NCBI GenBank assembly: GCA_020137815.1
Contig: CM035356.1
Location: 4,650,001 to 4,714,000 of the forward strand
Origin: Hormiphora californensis
Lineage: Eukaryota > Animalia > Ctenophora
Length of the DNA stretch: 64,000 bases
Direction: 5' to 3'
This document shows, one piece after another, positions 60,158-64,000 of this stretch. The number at the start of each line of letters is the position of its first letter. Positions within the stretch are counted from its first letter, which is position 1. The notes under the pieces are model-generated. The model was given only the letters and a program-made list of their open reading frames with translations. It had not been told where the DNA came from and searched no databases. Made by a program: the position numbers and the translations under genes.

Positions 60158-61300
60158 CATTATTATCATGCATGTGTCATAAGATCTAACTATAACCACT
60201 GTTATTTTCATTTACCGTTTTGGGTATGGGTATAGAATACCTCTTACTAGTACTACAACTAATAACCAGACACCGCCTTTTATTTCGAGATGAATTTAAT
60301 TTGAATTCACTAGATAAATAAAATAGCTATATAGTCGGACCCCGATTTACCGGGATCCTCGGGGGAAGCCATTTTGCCCGGTAAATCGGGGTGCCCGGTA
60401 TATCGGGGTAGAGCATATTTGACCCATAAATCCTACCCATAAATCCTACTTTTGTCCAAAATTCTATACCAAGACACCTCTAACTGTATAGTATACATTT
60501 ATTGATGACAATATGATCATTGCTTCTGTCATTAGAAATAGAAAATTTAAAAAATTCAAAAAAAATTGTAAAAACTTTTTCTAAGGTAAACCACCCCAAC
60601 CGAGTCCGAATCGTGTTTCGAATCGGTGCATCTTATCGCATGTCCTGCCGCTAATTAGACGGTTCGAAACGAAACGATACGTGATACCATGCCGAATCTG
60701 GGCACCCTAAGCGGGGTGAGGAAGTATCAAAGTTTCAAAATAACTTTTTCTCTGAAAATTTACGGGGAGCATCGATCAAAGCATTGACAATGATTCTGTA
60801 AAATTTTGCAAAAAAAAGTTATGAAATTTTTCTAAGGTATACCAGCCACGTTCGAATCGTGTTTCGAATCGGTGCATCTTATCACGTGTCCTGCCGCTAA
60901 TTAGACGGTTCGAAACGAACCGATACGTGATACCATGCCGAATCTGGGCACCCTAAGCGGGGTGAGGAAGTATCAAAATTTCAAAATAACTTTTTCTCTG
61001 AAAATTTACGGGGAGCATCGATCAAAGCATTGACAATGATTCTGTAAAATAATTTGGAGATGAACGTCGAAGTGATGGCCGTTCGTTCAGCGGTATCTAA
61101 GCGACAGGCTGCTCCTTCATAAAATACTTCATGTGCCCAAAGCTGTAAAGCTGTTGCTCACACTTTTGGAGTGGAAGTTTGTTGATATTTTCGAATGAAT
61201 TTTAACATGCCAGTCTCCATAGTTACCATTCAGTTGCCATGACAACCGTGTTGACGTTGAAAGGGCGAAAAGAACCACCCGGCGAAGCCGGGTGGGTTAA

Positions 61301-62203
61301 AGTGAGAGAGAACAGCCCCGATTTTGATGAAACTTGGTCAGAATAGTGTTTGGTATCTAATTAGAAGTGAAAAAAATTTTTAGTGCTCAAATCCTAAAAT
61401 TAGGATTTTTAGGATTTTTAGGTTTTTCGGCTTTTATGGGTTTCAGGAACGTCCTAGAACAAAATGAATAGAACCATCTTTCTCGGCGTGAAATTCTGCA
61501 TCGATTATAGTGGTTGTAAACCTTTCTATGACGTAAGGTTCAGAAGTTATCGCGAAAAACCCCAAACGGGTACATGTGTTAGGGGCGGGTTCATGTTTTA
61601 GGCTAACGGGCGAACCTCTTGTCAGAACACCATCTTATAGGGTGTCAATCGACGCGTATTGATAAGGAGATCATTTTAGTGAAAACCATTTTGATCTGGT
61701 TTAACGAATGTCTGTGTAACGAATGAAACCTAAAAAACCTTTTAGCCAAACGGGTATGCTTCATTCAGTAAGGTTTTTTAGGTTTCATTCGTTACACAGA
61801 CATCGCAGATCAAAATGGTTTTCACTAAAATGATCTCCTTATCAATACGCGTCGATTGACACCCTATAAGATGGTGTTCTGACAAGAGGTTCGCCCGTTA
61901 GCCTAAAACATGAACCCGCCCCTTACACATGTACCCGTTTGGGGTTTTTCGCGATCACTTCTGAACCTTACGTCATAGAAAGGTTTACAACCACTATAAT
62001 CGATGCAGAATTTCACGCCGAGAAAGATGGTTCTATTCATTTTGTTCTAGGACGTTCCTGAAACCCATAAAAGCCGAAAAACCTAAAAATCCTAAAAATC
62101 CTAATTTTAGGATTTGAGCACTAAAAATTTTTTTCACTTCTAATTAGACACCAAACACTATTCTGACCAAGTTTCATCAAAATCGGGGCTGTTCTCTCTC
62201 ACT
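61301..62203. mobile_element. Foldback MITE, Kolobok-like (TTAA TSD, AG...CT termini); a second copy starts at 63691
   Basis: Near-perfect inverted arms of ~400 bp flanked by ttaa, inserted in a Helitron-like element. Confidence 0.82.
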
Positions 62204-63193
62204 TTAACAAAAGGCCTTACTTGAGGCGCACCCAATGGGTGCGCTAGTTCTGTAAAATTTTGCAAAAAAAGTTATGAAATTTTTCTAAGGTACCTATACC
62301 AGCCACGTTCGAATCGTGTTTCGAATCGGTACATCTTATCACGTGTCCTGACGCTAATTAGAAGGTTTGAAACGAACCGATACGTGATCCCCATTAGACC
62401 TAGCGAATTGCAAATGCAAATTGCAAGTTTACCAACCGGCAAAACTTCGAAAATTTTCCAAAAAAAAAACGGGGGAAAGAAATCCTCCCGGTAAATCGGG
62501 GTTCCGGTAAATCGGGGTCCGACTGTATAATTAATTAACCCTTTTAGATTAAGATGAATTTAAGAGTTGTAATGTCTCTTAACATTTAACATTTAAACCA
62601 CCCCTCTCTGTCGTAAATCATTCTATAGTATTTATTTATCTCAATTTTTCTCGAAGGGTTAGCTAATAGCTATTTATCAAGCAAATTTAAATTCAATTCT
62701 TCTCATCGCCAATATTGAAATATTATTTTAAAATGCAAATATGCAAATATGCATTTAATTTCAATAAAGCTGTATTCTTAGAAGCGCTCTGGTCGCAAAT
62801 ATTCTCAGAAATTCTGGCCCTACCCCTAAGTTTTATCATCTTCAAACTAGCCCTCGGATGATTATTCTAAATACGATCTGAGCAAGAATTAAGTAGTACA
62901 TAGTAGTACATAGGGATAAATCGAAAAACACTGGGTTTGATCGAGAATTAAACCATATGAACCTTCAGAGAGCCATGTTCGAAGATATTATACACCACTT
63001 GTACTTGGCACTAACTAAGCTACCAATCCATTATTTAATTCTCGCTCAGATCTCATTCAGAATAATCAATCAATCTCCTCGTTAGCCGAGATCAGCCCGT
63101 GTATGTGTGAGATTCCCGATTCATCTATTGTACAGAGGACGTGTGAGTGTGTATCAGCACCAGAAGGAGATACAGTCGGACCCCGATTTAGTG

Positions 63194-63259
63194 TTGGTTA
63201 CGAAGTCACCCCTATTATTGCATATAGTGAGCTAGCGCAGAGGGGAATTTCATTACCAA
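63194..63259. mobile_element. Miniature MULE-like element with 9-bp TSD; relatives at 30133-30166, 50198-50254 and ~24763-25075
   Basis: Termini ttggttacg / cattaccaa, with TSDs gatttagtg, gtgcgagac and agttacctc. Confidence 0.75.
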
Positions 63260-64000
63260 GATTTAGTGACACCCTCGGGGGAAAGGGTGTTGTCCACTAA
63301 ATCGGGGTCAAATAATGTTAATTTCCAGATATCGGGGGAAAATAATCCTGTCACTAAATCGGGGTGCCACTAAATCGGGGTTCTACTGTATTAAAATTAC
63401 TCCCTTTATCCCTCTATGTATGATATTTTATGCATTATGCCCTTATTTTCACTCAACCGGAATCTGTCAAAAACTCATTAAATTTTAATGTATTTTCTAT
63501 TAGATATTCCTCTCAACCAATGCACGTGGAGACCACCCACTTGGTAACCACATGACCCCCCCATGACCATGTTGATATTTTCGAATGAATTTTAACATGC
63601 CAGTCTCCATAGTTACCATTCAGTTGCCATGACAACCGTGTTGACGTTGAAAGGGCGAAAAGAACCACCCGGCGAAGCCGGGTGGGTTAAAGTGAGAGAG
63701 AACAGCCCCGATTTTGATGAAACTTGGTCAGAATAGTGTTTGGTATCTAATTAGAAGTGAAAAAAATTTTTAGTGCTCAAATCCTAAAATTAGGATTTTT
63801 AGGATTTTTAGGTTTTTCGGCTTTTATGGGTTTCAGGAACGTCCTAGAACAAAATGAATAGAACCATCTTTCTCGGCGTGAAATTCTGCATCGATTATAG
63901 TGGTTGTAAACCTTTCTATGACGTAAGGTTCAGAAGTTATCGCGAAAAACCCCAAACGGGTACATGTGTTAGGGGCGGGTTCATGTTTTAGGCTAACGGG

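Noticed and set aside
59732-60235. Further exons of the antisense gene
   Set aside because: No frame with convincing splice sites and free of stops could be established.

Overview
This is eukaryotic (animal) genomic DNA. It is most likely a ctenophore of the Pleurobrachia type, an inference from compact GT-AG genes, nested genes, unpaired acceptors before start codons and a recognisable short MITE. A minus-strand trio of intronless AANAT-like GNAT genes (1-2850) is followed by a stack of nested transposons (3.2-11.9 kb). Seven co-oriented plus-strand genes follow: double-F-box/LRR, TDRD5-like LOTUS/Tudor, a small single-TM protein, MAD2L1BP/p31comet, N6AMT1, UTP25 and PCIF1 (incomplete at the 3' end). 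The introns hold LINEs, MITEs, Helitrons and three nested genes. The top finding is an apparent bicistronic N6AMT1-UTP25 locus. The two CDSs overlap by 11 nt, the ~600-nt spliced N6AMT1 CDS has no AUG in any frame between its own weak-context start and the strong-context UTP25 start, and a short uORF overlaps the N6AMT1 start. These are leaky-scanning/reinitiation signatures inside an operon-like, probably SL trans-spliced cluster. Other notable items are tandem repeats that repeatedly copy splice junctions, a same-strand PAM2 gene nested in PCIF1, a two-WW PCIF1, a LINE whose ORF1-ORF2 fusion sits on a -1 slippery site, and an ORF1-only retroelement inserted in (CA)n. Exon models were built by hand from reading frames and splice phases.
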